Part shown: positions 1-10,532 of the stretch, one piece after another
How positions within the stretch are numbered: the stretch's first letter is position 1
Layout: each line of letters starts with the position of its first letter
Source: Candidatus Omnitrophota bacterium
Lineage (GTDB): Bacteria > Omnitrophota > Gorgyraeia > Pluralincolimonadales > Pluralincolimonadaceae
Assembly (NCBI GenBank): GCA_028716565.1
Contig: JAQUPL010000001.1
Location: forward strand, 280,479 to 344,478
Length of the DNA: 64,000 bases
Reading direction: 5' to 3'
Position numbers and translations under genes: made by a program
The notes under the pieces: generated by a model
What the model saw: the letters and a program-made list of their open reading frames with translations, nothing else
Told to the model about the DNA's origin: nothing
The model's database searches: none

Positions 1-440
1 ACCTTCAGTTCGTCTGGATTTTTGGAAGGCAGTTCCTCGAAGAACCTCACCATATCGTAACCCATGAAACCGACAAGCCCGCCGCAGAAACGCGGGAGGC
101 CTGCCGTATGGACAAATTTATACCTCTCAAGGATCTTCTTCATCTCGTCGAGAGGGTCGCCTGATGCGGCAAACCGCTTCGTCTTCCCGTCCTCGATCAT
201 CTCTATATTACGCCCCTTACTCTTGAAGACCAGGGACGGGCCCGAACCAAGGAACGAAAACCTCGCTATCTTCTCCCCGCCCTCGACCGATTCAAGCAGG
301 AACGAATAATCGCTATTGTCGATCTTCATGAAGGCCGAGACAGGCGTCCCGAGGTCCGCGGTGATATCCTTAAAGACGGGTATCAGGTTGCCTTTCTTGG
401 CAAGCCTTATAAATTCCTCTTTTGAAGGTGTGTAGCTCAT
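1..440 (-). CDS. trpE: Anthranilate synthase component I, N-terminal part (runs out of window at its 3' end)
   Basis: Reverse translation from ATG at 438-440 gives [23 protein letters not shown]...SFLLESVEGGEKIARFSFLGSGP, the typical TrpE N-terminus. Its start overlaps the hisI stop as TAATG. The ORF track does not list it because it is truncated by the window edge. Confidence 0.7.
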   Translation of the reverse strand, partial: MSYTPSKEEFIRLAKKGNLIPVFKDITADLGTPVSAFMKIDNSDYSFLLESVEGGEKIARFSFLGSGPSLVFKSKGRNIEMIEDGKTKRFAASGDPLDEMKKILERYKFVHTAGLPRFCGGLVGFMGYDMVRFFEELPSKNPDELK

Positions 441-829
441 TATTTTTTATAGACCTTATCCGGGTCGAATATCTTCTTGCCGGATACGGCGGTATTCCCT
501 TTCCTGTCTTTTAACTTGCGGTAAAAACACGAACGGTAGCCCGTGTGACAGGCCCCGCCTACCTGTTCGACCTTGACGAGAAGGCAGTCTGCGTCGCAAT
601 CGAACCTTATCTCCTTTACTTTCTGGACATGGCCGGACGATTCGCCCTTCAACCACAATTTCTTCCTCGACCGCGAATAGAAATGCGCCCTCTTCGTCTC
701 TAAAGTCTTCTTCACGGCGACGTCATTCATGTAAGCCACCATGAGTACCTCGTTATTCTTGTAGTCCTGTACGACGGCCGGTATAAGCCCGTTCCCGTCG
801 AATTTCAATCCGGAGATGAATTTATTCAT
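440..829 (-). CDS. hisI: Phosphoribosyl-AMP cyclohydrolase
   Basis: 129 aa; conserved HisI core with C-x-x-C...HTGY.SCF motif; standalone hisI, not fused to hisE. Confidence 0.85.
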   Translation of the reverse strand: MNKFISGLKFDGNGLIPAVVQDYKNNEVLMVAYMNDVAVKKTLETKRAHFYSRSRKKLWLKGESSGHVQKVKEIRFDCDADCLLVKVEQVGGACHTGYRSCFYRKLKDRKGNTAVSGKKIFDPDKVYKK

Positions 830-915
830 CCCGCACCTTCCTTTCTACACCTTTCGCAGAATACCCATTGCACCTTTAATGCGCCGAATAATAAGAAGGC
901 GCGGGATTCTTGGAT

Positions 916-1713
916 TTATAGCCTGACAGCGACTCCCTTTTTATTTAAGTATTGTTTTGCTTCCTTTATCGAAAACTCCTTAAAATGGAATATCGACGCG
1001 GCCAGTACCGCGTCCGCCTTTCCCTTCGTCAATCCGTCGTAAAGGTCTTCGAGCGTGCCCGCGCCGCCGGAGGCTATCACGGGTATTCCTACCGCCCCGG
1101 ATATGGCTCGGGTGAGCTCCAGGTCATAGCCTATCTTCGTCCCGTCGCGGTCCATCGAGGTCAACAGTATTTCGCCGGCGCCGCGCCTCTCGGCCTCTCT
1201 CGCCCACTTGATGGCGTCCTTTCCCGTGGGCGTCCTTCCGCCGTGGGTGTAAACTTCCCAGCTCTTTCCCTTGCGCTTTGCGTCTATCGCTACAACTATA
1301 CACTGGTCGCCGAACCTGCCGGAAGATCCGGAGATGAACCCGGGATCATTCACCGCTGCCGTGTTTATCGAAACTTTATCCGCCCCGGCTTTTAACAGGT
1401 TGCGTATGTCGGCGATATTCCTTATCCCGCCGCCGACGGTAAGCGGCATAAAGACCTTCTCAGCCGTTCGCCTCACGACCTCGAGCATGATATCCCTGTC
1501 CTCGTAACTGGCGGTTATATCTAGGAAGACCAGCTCGTCAGCGCCCTCTTTTTCATAAAATGACGCGTTCGTGACCGGGTCTCCCGCGTCGCGCAGGTTC
1601 AGGAATTTCACGCCTTTTACGACGCGGCCGTCCTTTACGTCGAGGCAGGGTATTATCCTTTTTGCGAGTCCCGTTAGAGAAGACTTAACGGGATGAACAT
1701 ATCTTATTGGCAT
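916..1713 (-). CDS. hisF: Imidazole glycerol phosphate synthase cyclase subunit
   Basis: 265 aa; [15 protein letters not shown]...[15 protein letters not shown], a typical HisF TIM barrel. Confidence 0.9.
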   Translation of the reverse strand: MPIRYVHPVKSSLTGLAKRIIPCLDVKDGRVVKGVKFLNLRDAGDPVTNASFYEKEGADELVFLDITASYEDRDIMLEVVRRTAEKVFMPLTVGGGIRNIADIRNLLKAGADKVSINTAAVNDPGFISGSSGRFGDQCIVVAIDAKRKGKSWEVYTHGGRTPTGKDAIKWAREAERRGAGEILLTSMDRDGTKIGYDLELTRAISGAVGIPVIASGGAGTLEDLYDGLTKGKADAVLAASIFHFKEFSIKEAKQYLNKKGVAVRL

Positions 1714-2413
1714 CTTTTAATAGTATCTTTCCGTCATAAATCGCGCGTCCGACTATGACGCCGATTATCTCTTTTTTGTTATATTCCTTCAGGATCCTCA
1801 GGTCGGCGAGGCTCGAGATGCCGCCGGAGACGATCATATCGATCTTGACCTTGCCTATGAAGTCCAGGATATTCGCGAAACCCGGCCCCTGGAGCGTGCC
1901 GTCCCGCGATATGTCCGTATATTCTACCGCCTGCACGCCTAGCGTTTTTATCCTTTTCGCGAAATCAGCCGCTTTTATATCGGTCGGGTTGACCCATCCT
2001 TTTGTCTGAAGGAACCCGTCTTTTACGTCGAGGCTTACGATTATTTTATCCTTGTATTTGTCCACAGCTTTTTTAAGGAACTCCTCGTCCTCGCAGGCCT
2101 TGGTGCCTAGTATGGCGTATGAGGCGCCGGCCCTGATTATCGTTTGGAGGTCCGCCTCGGTCCTTATGCCGCCGCCGACTTCAACCGGGATGTCGATCGA
2201 GGCGGTGATCTTGCGTATCCAGTCGAGGTTCTTTAATTTACCCTCCAGCGCGCCGTCAAGGTCGACCAAATGAAGGCGTTTCGCGCCTTCGCTCTGCCAC
2301 CGCAACGACATCTTGACAGGATCGTTCGAATAGACCGTCTCCTTGGAGAAATCCCCCCTGAAAAGCCTTACGACCTTTCCGCCCCTTATGTCTACCGCAG
2401 GCATGACTATCAT
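1685..2413 (-). CDS. hisA: ProFAR isomerase
   Basis: 242 aa; [13 protein letters not shown]...[11 protein letters not shown] HisA signature; overlaps the hisF start. Confidence 0.9.
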   Translation of the reverse strand: MIVMPAVDIRGGKVVRLFRGDFSKETVYSNDPVKMSLRWQSEGAKRLHLVDLDGALEGKLKNLDWIRKITASIDIPVEVGGGIRTEADLQTIIRAGASYAILGTKACEDEEFLKKAVDKYKDKIIVSLDVKDGFLQTKGWVNPTDIKAADFAKRIKTLGVQAVEYTDISRDGTLQGPGFANILDFIGKVKIDMIVSGGISSLADLRILKEYNKKEIIGVIVGRAIYDGKILLKDANKICSSR

Positions 2414-3021
2414 AGCTTTTCGAAATTCCTCAATATTTTCAGGCCCAGTTCCTGGCTTTTCTCCGGGTGGAACTGGGTCGCGTAAATATTATCCGAACAG
2501 ATCACCGACGGAAATTTGACTCCGTAGTCTGTCCAAGCAGCTACGCATTTCTTATCCGCCGGCGCCGCGTAATAAGAGTGGACGAAGTAGAAATATGAGC
2601 CTTCGGGCACGCCTTTAAGCAGCGGGCAATTCCCTTTTATCATTAATTGGTTCCATCCCATATGCGGTATCTTCAATCTCTTCGACTTGAACTTTACGAC
2701 CTTGCCTTTTAAAAGGTCCAGGCCTTTGCTTATGCCGCCTTCTTCGCTCTTGGAAAATATAAGCTGGAGCCCCAGGCATAGTCCGAGGAAAGGTTTTCCC
2801 CGGACTATAAATTCCTTTATCGGCTCTATCAGGCGCCGCGACTTGAGCTCCGCCATAGCGTCTTTGAACGCGCCGACCCCGGGCACGATCACCTTATCAG
2901 CGCGCAGGATATCGCGGGGTTTGCTTGAAATCATCACCCGCGTGCCGGCCTTCTCCAATGCCTTGGAGACGCTGCGGAGGTTGCCCATACCGTAATCGAC
3001 TACGACGATACCGGGTTTCAT
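2410..3021 (-). CDS. hisH: Imidazole glycerol phosphate synthase glutamine amidotransferase subunit
   Basis: The conserved N-terminus MKPGIVVVDYGMGNL begins at an internal ATG (3019-3021) of ORF 2410..3129; class I GATase catalytic Cys in the GLCLG motif. Confidence 0.85.
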   Translation of the reverse strand: MKPGIVVVDYGMGNLRSVSKALEKAGTRVMISSKPRDILRADKVIVPGVGAFKDAMAELKSRRLIEPIKEFIVRGKPFLGLCLGLQLIFSKSEEGGISKGLDLLKGKVVKFKSKRLKIPHMGWNQLMIKGNCPLLKGVPEGSYFYFVHSYYAAPADKKCVAAWTDYGVKFPSVICSDNIYATQFHPEKSQELGLKILRNFEKL

Positions 3022-3070
3022 ACTATTAAGCCGATCCCGGTATTCCGAAGATAATTTGGCGAGGTCGTCA

Positions 3071-3679
3071 TCATAACTTCCCTTTTGTAGACGGGACCCC
3101 TTTGATGCGCGGGTCCACCCTTGTCGCATCGCACAGGGCCCGGCCTAAAGCCTTGAATATCGCCTCGAGGACATGGTGCAGGTCCTCCCCGCGGTACTCG
3201 ATGTGCAGGTTTATGCCCGAATTCCTTACAAATGCCTCAAGGAATTGTTTAGCGCTGTTCAGGGAATAGCCCTGCCTGTCGATATATGTCGGCGGTACGG
3301 GTTTCCCCACGCACCGCATATAAAGCGAAGGCCTGCCGCTTATATCCAGGGCGATGCGGGCGAGGGCCTCTTCCATAGGCACCGCGACGTTCATCGAGCC
3401 GAACCTGCGGATGCCTTTTTTCTTCCCGAGCGCCTTAGCGAAGGCCTCCCCGAGCGCTATACCCACGTCTTCGTTCGTGTGATGGATATCCACCTCGAGG
3501 TCGCCCTTCGCGAGGATCTTAAGGTCGAAACAACCGTGCCTGGCGAACAGGGAAAGCATGTGGTCGAGGAACCCGACGCCGGTATAGACGCGGAATTTCC
3601 CGCTCCCGTCGATGTTGAGCTCTATTTTCACGTCCGTCTCTGTCGTCTTCCTGCGGTGTTTTACGGTCCTTTTTTTCAT
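3071..3679 (-). CDS. hisB: Imidazoleglycerol-phosphate dehydratase
   Basis: 202 aa; VGFLDHMLSLFARHG...DIHHTNEDVGIALG motifs. Confidence 0.9.
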   Translation of the reverse strand: MKKRTVKHRRKTTETDVKIELNIDGSGKFRVYTGVGFLDHMLSLFARHGCFDLKILAKGDLEVDIHHTNEDVGIALGEAFAKALGKKKGIRRFGSMNVAVPMEEALARIALDISGRPSLYMRCVGKPVPPTYIDRQGYSLNSAKQFLEAFVRNSGINLHIEYRGEDLHHVLEAIFKALGRALCDATRVDPRIKGVPSTKGKL

Positions 3680-4903
3680 CTAGAACCTCACTTTGATCGA
3701 TTCCATGTGCTTATTCAACCCCTCGAGCTTCGATATCTTCTCGATGGACTTCTTAGCTTTTTCCAACGCTTTTTTCGAATACGATATGATGTGCGATGAC
3801 TTGACAAAGTCCTCCACGCCGAGGCCGGAGAAGAACCTCGCGGTCCCGCTAGTCGGCAGGACATGGCTGGGCCCTGCAACATAGTCTCCTATGGCAGTGG
3901 GTGAATATTGGCCCAGGAATATGGCGCCTGCGTTATGTATCTTCTTAAGCCACTTCTGCGGGTTCTTGACCATTATCTGTAAGTGTTCCGGCGCAAGGCG
4001 GTTGACTATATCGCACGCCTCATCGAGGTTCTTCGCCAGGATTATATAACCGTTCGCGACCTCTTTCTTGAGCGTCTTCGCGAGCGGCTTGGATGTCGTC
4101 ACCAGTATCGGCAGTCCTTTGAAGTGCTCGCTCTGCGCCTCGAGGTCCTTTATCGCGAAAAGCGGGTTCGTCGACCTGTTCGCGAGGATGACCACCTCGG
4201 ACGGGCCGGCTATCATGTCTATATCGACATAACCGAAGACCTGACGCTTCGCTTCGGTGACGTAATCGTTTCCCGGGCCGACTATCTTGTCGACTTTCGG
4301 GATCGTCTTCGTGCCGAAGGCGAGCGCGGCTATCGCTTGGGCGCCGCCAACCTTATAGATCTCGTCGACCTTAAGCAGGTTCGCGACCGCCAGTATGTGC
4401 GGGTCGATGCTTTGATACTGGTTCGGGGGCGTGCAGAGGACGATGGATTTCACGCCGGCCACCTGCGCCGGCAGGACTGTCATGTATACCGTAGATATAA
4501 GCGGGGCTGTTCCGGCCGGGACGTATATACCGACCCTTTCGATAGGCGCGTATTTCTCGCCAAGCACCACGCCGTCTCCGTCTACGATCCTCCACGACTT
4601 CTTGCCTTTAAACTGTTTCTTATAAAATTTAGTGACGTTATCGATGATATTCTTGAGTTCGGATATGAATTCGGAGTCGATATCCTGGAATGCGCCGCTC
4701 GCTTCGCTCTCGGTGACCTTTAGCTGCCTGGCAGATAGTTTTACCTTGTCGAACTTGCGCGTGTACTTTATGACCGCGTCGTCGCCGTTCGCCTTGACGT
4801 CCTCTATTATCCTGTTGACGCACTCGGTGACGCGTTTCTTGCGGTTGTTATACCTGTTGCAGAGTTTCTCGAATTCCTTGCTGTAAAGTTTTATTACTTT
4901 CAT
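3680..4903 (-). CDS. hisD: Histidinol dehydrogenase
   Basis: 407 aa; HisD family; its ATG overlaps the alaS TGA as ATGA. Confidence 0.9.
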   Translation of the reverse strand: MKVIKLYSKEFEKLCNRYNNRKKRVTECVNRIIEDVKANGDDAVIKYTRKFDKVKLSARQLKVTESEASGAFQDIDSEFISELKNIIDNVTKFYKKQFKGKKSWRIVDGDGVVLGEKYAPIERVGIYVPAGTAPLISTVYMTVLPAQVAGVKSIVLCTPPNQYQSIDPHILAVANLLKVDEIYKVGGAQAIAALAFGTKTIPKVDKIVGPGNDYVTEAKRQVFGYVDIDMIAGPSEVVILANRSTNPLFAIKDLEAQSEHFKGLPILVTTSKPLAKTLKKEVANGYIILAKNLDEACDIVNRLAPEHLQIMVKNPQKWLKKIHNAGAIFLGQYSPTAIGDYVAGPSHVLPTSGTARFFSGLGVEDFVKSSHIISYSKKALEKAKKSIEKISKLEGLNKHMESIKVRF

Positions 4904-7563
4904 ATTTTAAGTTCCTTTACCGCCGCGATGCCGGCCTTCAGTGCCTCATCAAGCTTTGAGATATCCTTGCCTCCGGCCTGGGCAAGGTCTGGCCTTCCCC
5001 CGCCGCCGCCTAAGATTATCTTTGATATATATTTAATGACCGCGCGCGAATCGAGGCCTGACTTGGCCAGGTCCCGGGACATTCCTACGACTATAAAAGC
5101 CTTTTCATCATACGCGCCGAGCAATATGGATACTGCTTTCTCTTTCAGGACAGTCTTTATGGCGTCGGTGAGGCTCACGAGAGTATCGGGAGCGCAGCCG
5201 TCCATTCTCCTGGCGATAAGGGTGATACTATTATCCAATAATTCCTTCTTCGAAACAAGGTCTTTCGCCTTCTCCGAAATGTTGGCCGCCTCGTAATTCT
5301 TGAGCTTCTTTTCGAGGTCTTTTACCCGGTCCGCCAGTTTTTCTATCTGCGCGGGCAGGTTTTCCGGCTTTACCTTAAGCATCTCGGCCACGGCCTTCAG
5401 GTCGCTTTCGGATTCCTTTATTTTATTGTAAGCGGCTTCTCCCGCGATCGCCTCTATCCTGCGTATCCCTGCCGCGACAGACGACTCGCCGGTTATCTTG
5501 AATAGCCCTATCTCGCCGGTGGCATTCAGGTGCGTCCCTCCGCATAACTCCCTGGAGATATCCTCGACGCTCACTACGCGCACGTTCCTGTCGTATTTTT
5601 CCCCGAATAAGGCGGTCGCTCCGGACTTCTTTGCTTCCTCAAGGTCCATCTCTTTTACCTTGAGCGGAGCGTTGCGCCTGATATAATCATTGACCAGACT
5701 CTCGGCCGCCTCAAGTTCTTCCCCTGTTAGGCCCTTGAAATGCGTGAAATCGAACCTCAACCTCTCCGGCGCGACGAGAGAACCCGACTGGTTGACATGC
5801 GCCCCAAGCACTTTCCTTAACGCCGCCTGCAGCAAATGCGTGGCCGTATGGTGCCTGGCAATGGCCATCCGGCGGTGGATGTCGACCTTCGCATTTACCT
5901 TGTCGCCCGTCTTTGCACGCCCTTTTTCGAGCCTGCAGATATGCACCGGTATCTTTTCTATCAGTTTTGTATCTAAAACATCGGCCTTAAAATCATTGTT
6001 TTCGAGTACCCCTGTGTCTCCGACCTGGCCGCCGGTCTCACCGTAAAAAGGCGTAACATCGAGTATGACAGCGAACTCCGAAGGACCGGTCACTTCATTG
6101 GCCGGTTTATTATCTATTATTATGGCTTTTATGGCCGCGCTGGATTCTAATTTATCATATCCTATGAATTCAGACCTTACGCCGGAGCCCAAGACCGCGG
6201 CTGTCAGCGTCTCCGCGAATATATCTCCGGAGAGTTTTGTCGCGCCGCGGGATTTCTTGCGCTGCTCTTCCATTAACTTCTCATAACCTTCTAAGTCCAG
6301 TTTAAGCTGCCAATCTGCAGCATATTCTTTCATTAACTCGATTGATAATCCCTTTGTATCATGAAAATAAAAAATCATATCGCCAGGAATAGTATCTTTA
6401 CAGTTTTTCTTTAGGATCGTTGCCTGTATCTTTAAATGTTCCCATAATTCATTACTTATTACATAAAACTTTTCTTCTTCTGATTTTATAATTAAACTGA
6501 TATTTTCCCTACGCGATTCTATTTCAGAATAACCGCCTTTCATCACTCTTACAACAGGATCAACTAATTTATACAAAAAGGGCTTGTTAATATCAAAAAA
6601 TTTCCCATGCACTAGAGACCGTCTTATAAGGTGCTTAACAACATAACCTCTTCCTGTATTAGATGGTAAAACGCCATCAGCAATACAGAATACTGTCGCC
6701 CTAATGTGATCGGCAATTGCATTTATGTGTTTTTTACCATCTTCATCCAATGCATATAATTTCCGATCATCGTCTTCTATCAATTCTAATATTGCTTTTA
6801 TTATTGGCATGAAAATATCTGTTTCAAAATTCGTCTCGACGCCTTGTATGACAGAAGCTAGGCGCTCAAGCCCCATGCCTGTGTCTATATTTTTACTGGG
6901 CAGCGGCTCGAGCTTGTTCACCCCTACGCGGTTGAACTGCGTGAAGACGAGGTTCCATACCTCCACGTATCTCTTGCACTTGCCGCAGCCCGGCCCGCAT
7001 TTGGGATCCCCGCAGCCGTACTTCTCGCCCCGGTCGACATATATCTCGGAACATGGGCCGCACGGCCCGTTCGGCCCGTCCTCAGGCGCGTTCGCCGGCC
7101 AGAAATTATCATGCGCGCCGAATCTTGTGATTTTTTCCTTAGGGACTTTTATCCTCTCCGACCATATCTTATAGGCCTCGTCGTCATCCTTATAGACCGA
7201 GACCCAAAGGTCCTTCTCTTTCATCCCGAGCTCTTTTGTAAGGAATTCCCAGGCCCAGGCGATCGCCTCTTCCTTGAAGTAATCGCCGAAAGAGAAATTG
7301 CCGAGCATCTCGAAGAAGGAATGGTGCGACGGGGTCTTGCCGACATTATCGAGGTCGCCGGTCCTCATGCACTTCTGGCAGCTCGCCGCCCGTTTCATAT
7401 CCTTGCGCTTGCCGAGGAAATAATCCTTGAGCTGGTTCATCCCGGCGCCGGTAAATAGCAGCGACGGGTCGTCCTTCGGGACTAACGAGTCTGACGGGAT
7501 GACAGGATGGCCTTTCGAGGCGAAAAATGAGAGGAATTTACTCCTCAGTTGGTCCGTAGTCAT
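4900..7563 (-). CDS. alaS: Alanine--tRNA ligase
   Basis: 887 aa; class II aaRS motifs, IADHIRA...PSNTGRGYV editing/tRNA-binding region, and C-terminal DHHA1-like GGGGG motif. Contains an AT-rich in-frame segment (see findings). Confidence 0.95.
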   Translation of the reverse strand: MTTDQLRSKFLSFFASKGHPVIPSDSLVPKDDPSLLFTGAGMNQLKDYFLGKRKDMKRAASCQKCMRTGDLDNVGKTPSHHSFFEMLGNFSFGDYFKEEAIAWAWEFLTKELGMKEKDLWVSVYKDDDEAYKIWSERIKVPKEKITRFGAHDNFWPANAPEDGPNGPCGPCSEIYVDRGEKYGCGDPKCGPGCGKCKRYVEVWNLVFTQFNRVGVNKLEPLPSKNIDTGMGLERLASVIQGVETNFETDIFMPIIKAILELIEDDDRKLYALDEDGKKHINAIADHIRATVFCIADGVLPSNTGRGYVVKHLIRRSLVHGKFFDINKPFLYKLVDPVVRVMKGGYSEIESRRENISLIIKSEEEKFYVISNELWEHLKIQATILKKNCKDTIPGDMIFYFHDTKGLSIELMKEYAADWQLKLDLEGYEKLMEEQRKKSRGATKLSGDIFAETLTAAVLGSGVRSEFIGYDKLESSAAIKAIIIDNKPANEVTGPSEFAVILDVTPFYGETGGQVGDTGVLENNDFKADVLDTKLIEKIPVHICRLEKGRAKTGDKVNAKVDIHRRMAIARHHTATHLLQAALRKVLGAHVNQSGSLVAPERLRFDFTHFKGLTGEELEAAESLVNDYIRRNAPLKVKEMDLEEAKKSGATALFGEKYDRNVRVVSVEDISRELCGGTHLNATGEIGLFKITGESSVAAGIRRIEAIAGEAAYNKIKESESDLKAVAEMLKVKPENLPAQIEKLADRVKDLEKKLKNYEAANISEKAKDLVSKKELLDNSITLIARRMDGCAPDTLVSLTDAIKTVLKEKAVSILLGAYDEKAFIVVGMSRDLAKSGLDSRAVIKYISKIILGGGGGRPDLAQAGGKDISKLDEALKAGIAAVKELKI

Positions 7564-8113
7564 AATTTTCTTTGATTATCTTCCATATCGTGTTATAGGA
7601 GAACCCGCGCCTGCCCAGGAAATCGAGGAGCTTCTTCTTCGCCTTTTCTTTTTCGATCCCTTTCATGTGCGCCATCTTCCCGCGCACCAAAGGCATCGCT
7701 ATCTCATATTCGTTGAACGAGCCGTTTAGTTCGCCGAATGCCGCGCATATGGTCTCGTCATCCACGCCCTTGGCTTTAAGCTCTCTGGTGATGAGGTTCC
7801 TGCCGGCCGGCTTGATATGCATCCTGTCGCCGATCCAAAGCCTGCAGAAGACCCTGTCGTCCAGAGACTTTTTTTCTATCAACTCGTCTATGACCCGGGC
7901 TATCATAAAGCCGCGATGGCCCTTCTGCTTGAGCCGCTGGGCCATCTCCTTGACGCTGCGGGGACGGAACCTTAATAACCTTAAGGCATCCGCCTTCGCC
8001 TTCTGCAATGCCTCTTCGTCCGCCTCGACTTTATTTTTGTCCGTTTTCTTTATGTTCCTCTTTCGCTTCTTCTTTGACCACGGCGTATCCGCGCGAGGTA
8101 AGGACAAGCGCAT
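7538..8113 (-). CDS. recX: Recombination regulator RecX
   Basis: 191 aa; three-helix RecX repeats (ALRLLRFRPRSVKEM...); classic recA-recX-alaS neighbourhood; overlaps the alaS start and the htrA end. Confidence 0.8.
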   Translation of the reverse strand: MRLSLPRADTPWSKKKRKRNIKKTDKNKVEADEEALQKAKADALRLLRFRPRSVKEMAQRLKQKGHRGFMIARVIDELIEKKSLDDRVFCRLWIGDRMHIKPAGRNLITRELKAKGVDDETICAAFGELNGSFNEYEIAMPLVRGKMAHMKGIEKEKAKKKLLDFLGRRGFSYNTIWKIIKENYDYGPTEE

Positions 8114-9488
8114 CGCCCTTTACCGATTTTACCGCGTCATCGTAGTCTTTAATGTTCTTTATAGGTTTTTTATTTATTTCCAGGATAACGTCGCCGCGCC
8201 TAAGGCCGGCTTCGTCCGACGGGCTGCCCGGCTCTACATTCGTCACTACGACGCCCTTCTCGGAAACCTTATATTTCTGTGAGCTCGCGGGCGTCAACTC
8301 CTGGGCTTCCAGTCCGCGCCAGTTACCCAATTCTGCTTCGGCATATTCTTTAAGCTCTTCCGGCCTCTGCGCGATCTCAATATCAAGCGCGACATCTCTC
8401 TTGTCCCTGAGGACGACGACCTTTACCTTCTTTCCTATCGGGGCCCTTCCTACGAGCTTCAATAACTCGCGGACATTCTCGACCGGTTTGCCGTCGAACG
8501 TCTTAATGATATCCCCGTTCTTCATCTTGCCTTTCTCTGCCGGGCTGCCGGGAAGTATCCTGGCAATCAGGACGCCCTTTGTTTCAGTAAGGCCGAATTG
8601 TTTCGCGAGGTCCTCATCGAGGTCCTGCACGTTCACGCCGAGCCAGCCGTAAAGGACTTTCCTGCCCGAGATGAGGTCGCTTAACACGCGTTTCGCAGTA
8701 TTTATCGGGATGGCGAACCCTATGCCCTGGTAACCTCCTGTCGTGGATATTATCGCCACATTGATCCCTATGACCTTCCCTTCGATATCTACCAACGGGC
8801 CGCCGCTGTTTCCCGGGTTTATCGCCGCGTCGGTCTGTATGAGGTCGGAATAATCCTTATCTCCGTGCGTTCTTGGAAGGGAACGGTTGAGCGCGCTTAT
8901 CACTCCTACCGTAAGCGTCGGCTTACCTGCTATGCCGAACGGATTGCCGACCGCTATCGCGAATTGGCCGATCCTCACGTTGTCTGAATCGTCCAACTCG
9001 AGGGCCTTGAGGTTCTTGGCGTTTATCTTCAATACCGCGAGGTCGGCCCTCTGGTCCTGGCCTTTTACCTTTGCGGGAAATTTCCTGCCGTCTGATAAAG
9101 TGACCTCGATCTTATCGGCGCCGGAGATGACATGCTGGTTAGTGAGGATATAACCGTCAGCGTCGATCACGAATCCGGAACCGAGCCCGCGCTGCTGGAA
9201 CTCGCGCTCCGGGATATCCCCGAAGAAGTCCTTGAAGAACTGGCGGAACATCTCGTCGTTGCCCATCGGGCCCTGTCCGCCGCCCATCTTTGCCATATGG
9301 ACAGTCGAGATGGAGACGACGGCCACGCCGGCCTTATCCGCCACTTCGGAGAAAGTATTCTCGAGCGATTTCGCGACGCTTAAGTCCTGGGGGTTTGCCG
9401 GGGCCTGCCCATTCAAGCCAAATGCCGAAACCGCAAATACTAATACAAACACAAACCGCTTAAACATTTGAATTCCCCCCTTCCTCAT
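8031..9488 (-). CDS. htrA: Periplasmic serine endoprotease of the HtrA/DegP/DegQ family (signal peptide, trypsin-like domain, two PDZ domains)
   Basis: 485 aa; catalytic His in TNQHV, Ser in GNSGGPL; N-terminal signal sequence; two PDZ-like segments. Confidence 0.9.
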   Translation of the reverse strand: MRKGGIQMFKRFVFVLVFAVSAFGLNGQAPANPQDLSVAKSLENTFSEVADKAGVAVVSISTVHMAKMGGGQGPMGNDEMFRQFFKDFFGDIPEREFQQRGLGSGFVIDADGYILTNQHVISGADKIEVTLSDGRKFPAKVKGQDQRADLAVLKINAKNLKALELDDSDNVRIGQFAIAVGNPFGIAGKPTLTVGVISALNRSLPRTHGDKDYSDLIQTDAAINPGNSGGPLVDIEGKVIGINVAIISTTGGYQGIGFAIPINTAKRVLSDLISGRKVLYGWLGVNVQDLDEDLAKQFGLTETKGVLIARILPGSPAEKGKMKNGDIIKTFDGKPVENVRELLKLVGRAPIGKKVKVVVLRDKRDVALDIEIAQRPEELKEYAEAELGNWRGLEAQELTPASSQKYKVSEKGVVVTNVEPGSPSDEAGLRRGDVILEINKKPIKNIKDYDDAVKSVKGDALVLTSRGYAVVKEEAKEEHKENGQK

Positions 9489-9491
9489 TGT

Positions 9492-10532
9492 TTATGCGAT
9501 AGTTTTTTCTTTTATCTTTTTTTCCAGTTCGTGAAGGACTTTCGGGTTTTCCTTAAGGAATACCTTGGCGTTTTCCCTGCCCTGACCGAGCTTCTCGCCG
9601 TTGTAAATAATCCAGGAGCCTGATTTCTCGACGACGCCGAGGTTCGCGGCGAGGTCAATAATATCGCCGGTCCTTGAGATCCCTTCGTTATAGATTATGT
9701 CAAACTCGGCCTGGCGGAACGGCGGGGCGACCTTGTTCTTGACGACCTTGACCCTGACGTGGCTGCCGACAGACTGGTCGTTGATCTTTATGTTTTCGAT
9801 GCGCCTAATATCGAGCCTGACCGACGCGTAAAATTTGAGCGCGCGCCCGCCTGGCGTCGTCTCGGGATTGCCGAACATCACGCCTATCTTCTCGCGGATC
9901 TGGTTGATGAATATGACCGAGGTCTTGGACTTGCTTATCGAAGATGTCAGTTTGCGCAGCGCCTGAGACATCAGCCTCGCTTGGAGCCCTACGTGCGAAT
10001 CGCCCATCTCGCCTTCTATTTCGGCGCGGGGAACTAACGCCGCTACAGAATCGATAACGACCACGTCCACGGCACTGGACTTTACCAGCGTTTCACAGAT
10101 CTCAAGCGCCTGCTCTCCGGAATCCGGCTGGGAAATGAGGAGGTCGTCGAGGTTTACGCCGAGTTTCTTGGCATATGTGGAATCGAATGCGTGTTCTGCG
10201 TCAATGAAAGCGGCGGTCCCGCCTTTCTTCTGCGCTTCGGCGATCACGCTCAATGAAAGCGTAGTCTTTCCGGATGATTCAGGGCCGTATATCTCGACAA
10301 CTCGGCCCCTGGGTATGCCGCCTACGCCTATCGCCAGGTCAAGGGAAAGCGCGCCTGTCGGGATAGACTCTACCGCCGCGTGCGTCTCCTGGCCCAGCTT
10401 CATTATCGAACCTTTGCCGAACTGCTTCTCGATGTGCGCCAGCGCCAATTCGAGCGCCTTTGTGCGCTCGCCCTGCTCCTTCTGCGCCTCTTTTTCTTCC
10501 CTTTTTACTTCCTTTTCGTCCTTCTTTACCAT
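9492..10532 (-). CDS. recA: Recombinase RecA
   Basis: 346 aa; Walker [10 protein letters not shown] and canonical RecA core. Carries an unusual roughly 22-aa Lys/Glu-rich N-terminal extension. Confidence 0.95.
   Translation of the reverse strand: MVKKDEKEVKREEKEAQKEQGERTKALELALAHIEKQFGKGSIMKLGQETHAAVESIPTGALSLDLAIGVGGIPRGRVVEIYGPESSGKTTLSLSVIAEAQKKGGTAAFIDAEHAFDSTYAKKLGVNLDDLLISQPDSGEQALEICETLVKSSAVDVVVIDSVAALVPRAEIEGEMGDSHVGLQARLMSQALRKLTSSISKSKTSVIFINQIREKIGVMFGNPETTPGGRALKFYASVRLDIRRIENIKINDQSVGSHVRVKVVKNKVAPPFRQAEFDIIYNEGISRTGDIIDLAANLGVVEKSGSWIIYNGEKLGQGRENAKVFLKENPKVLHELEKKIKEKTIA

Noticed and set aside
3173-3799. Long plus-strand ORFs antisense to annotated minus-strand genes (e.g. 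3173-3799, 7665-8282, 25829-26392, 33292-34263, 42949-43722, 62731-63717)
   Set aside because: These lie entirely inside well-supported genes on the opposite strand and have low-complexity Arg/Pro/Ala-rich translations typical of GC-rich antisense frames. There are no recognisable domains or independent start contexts.
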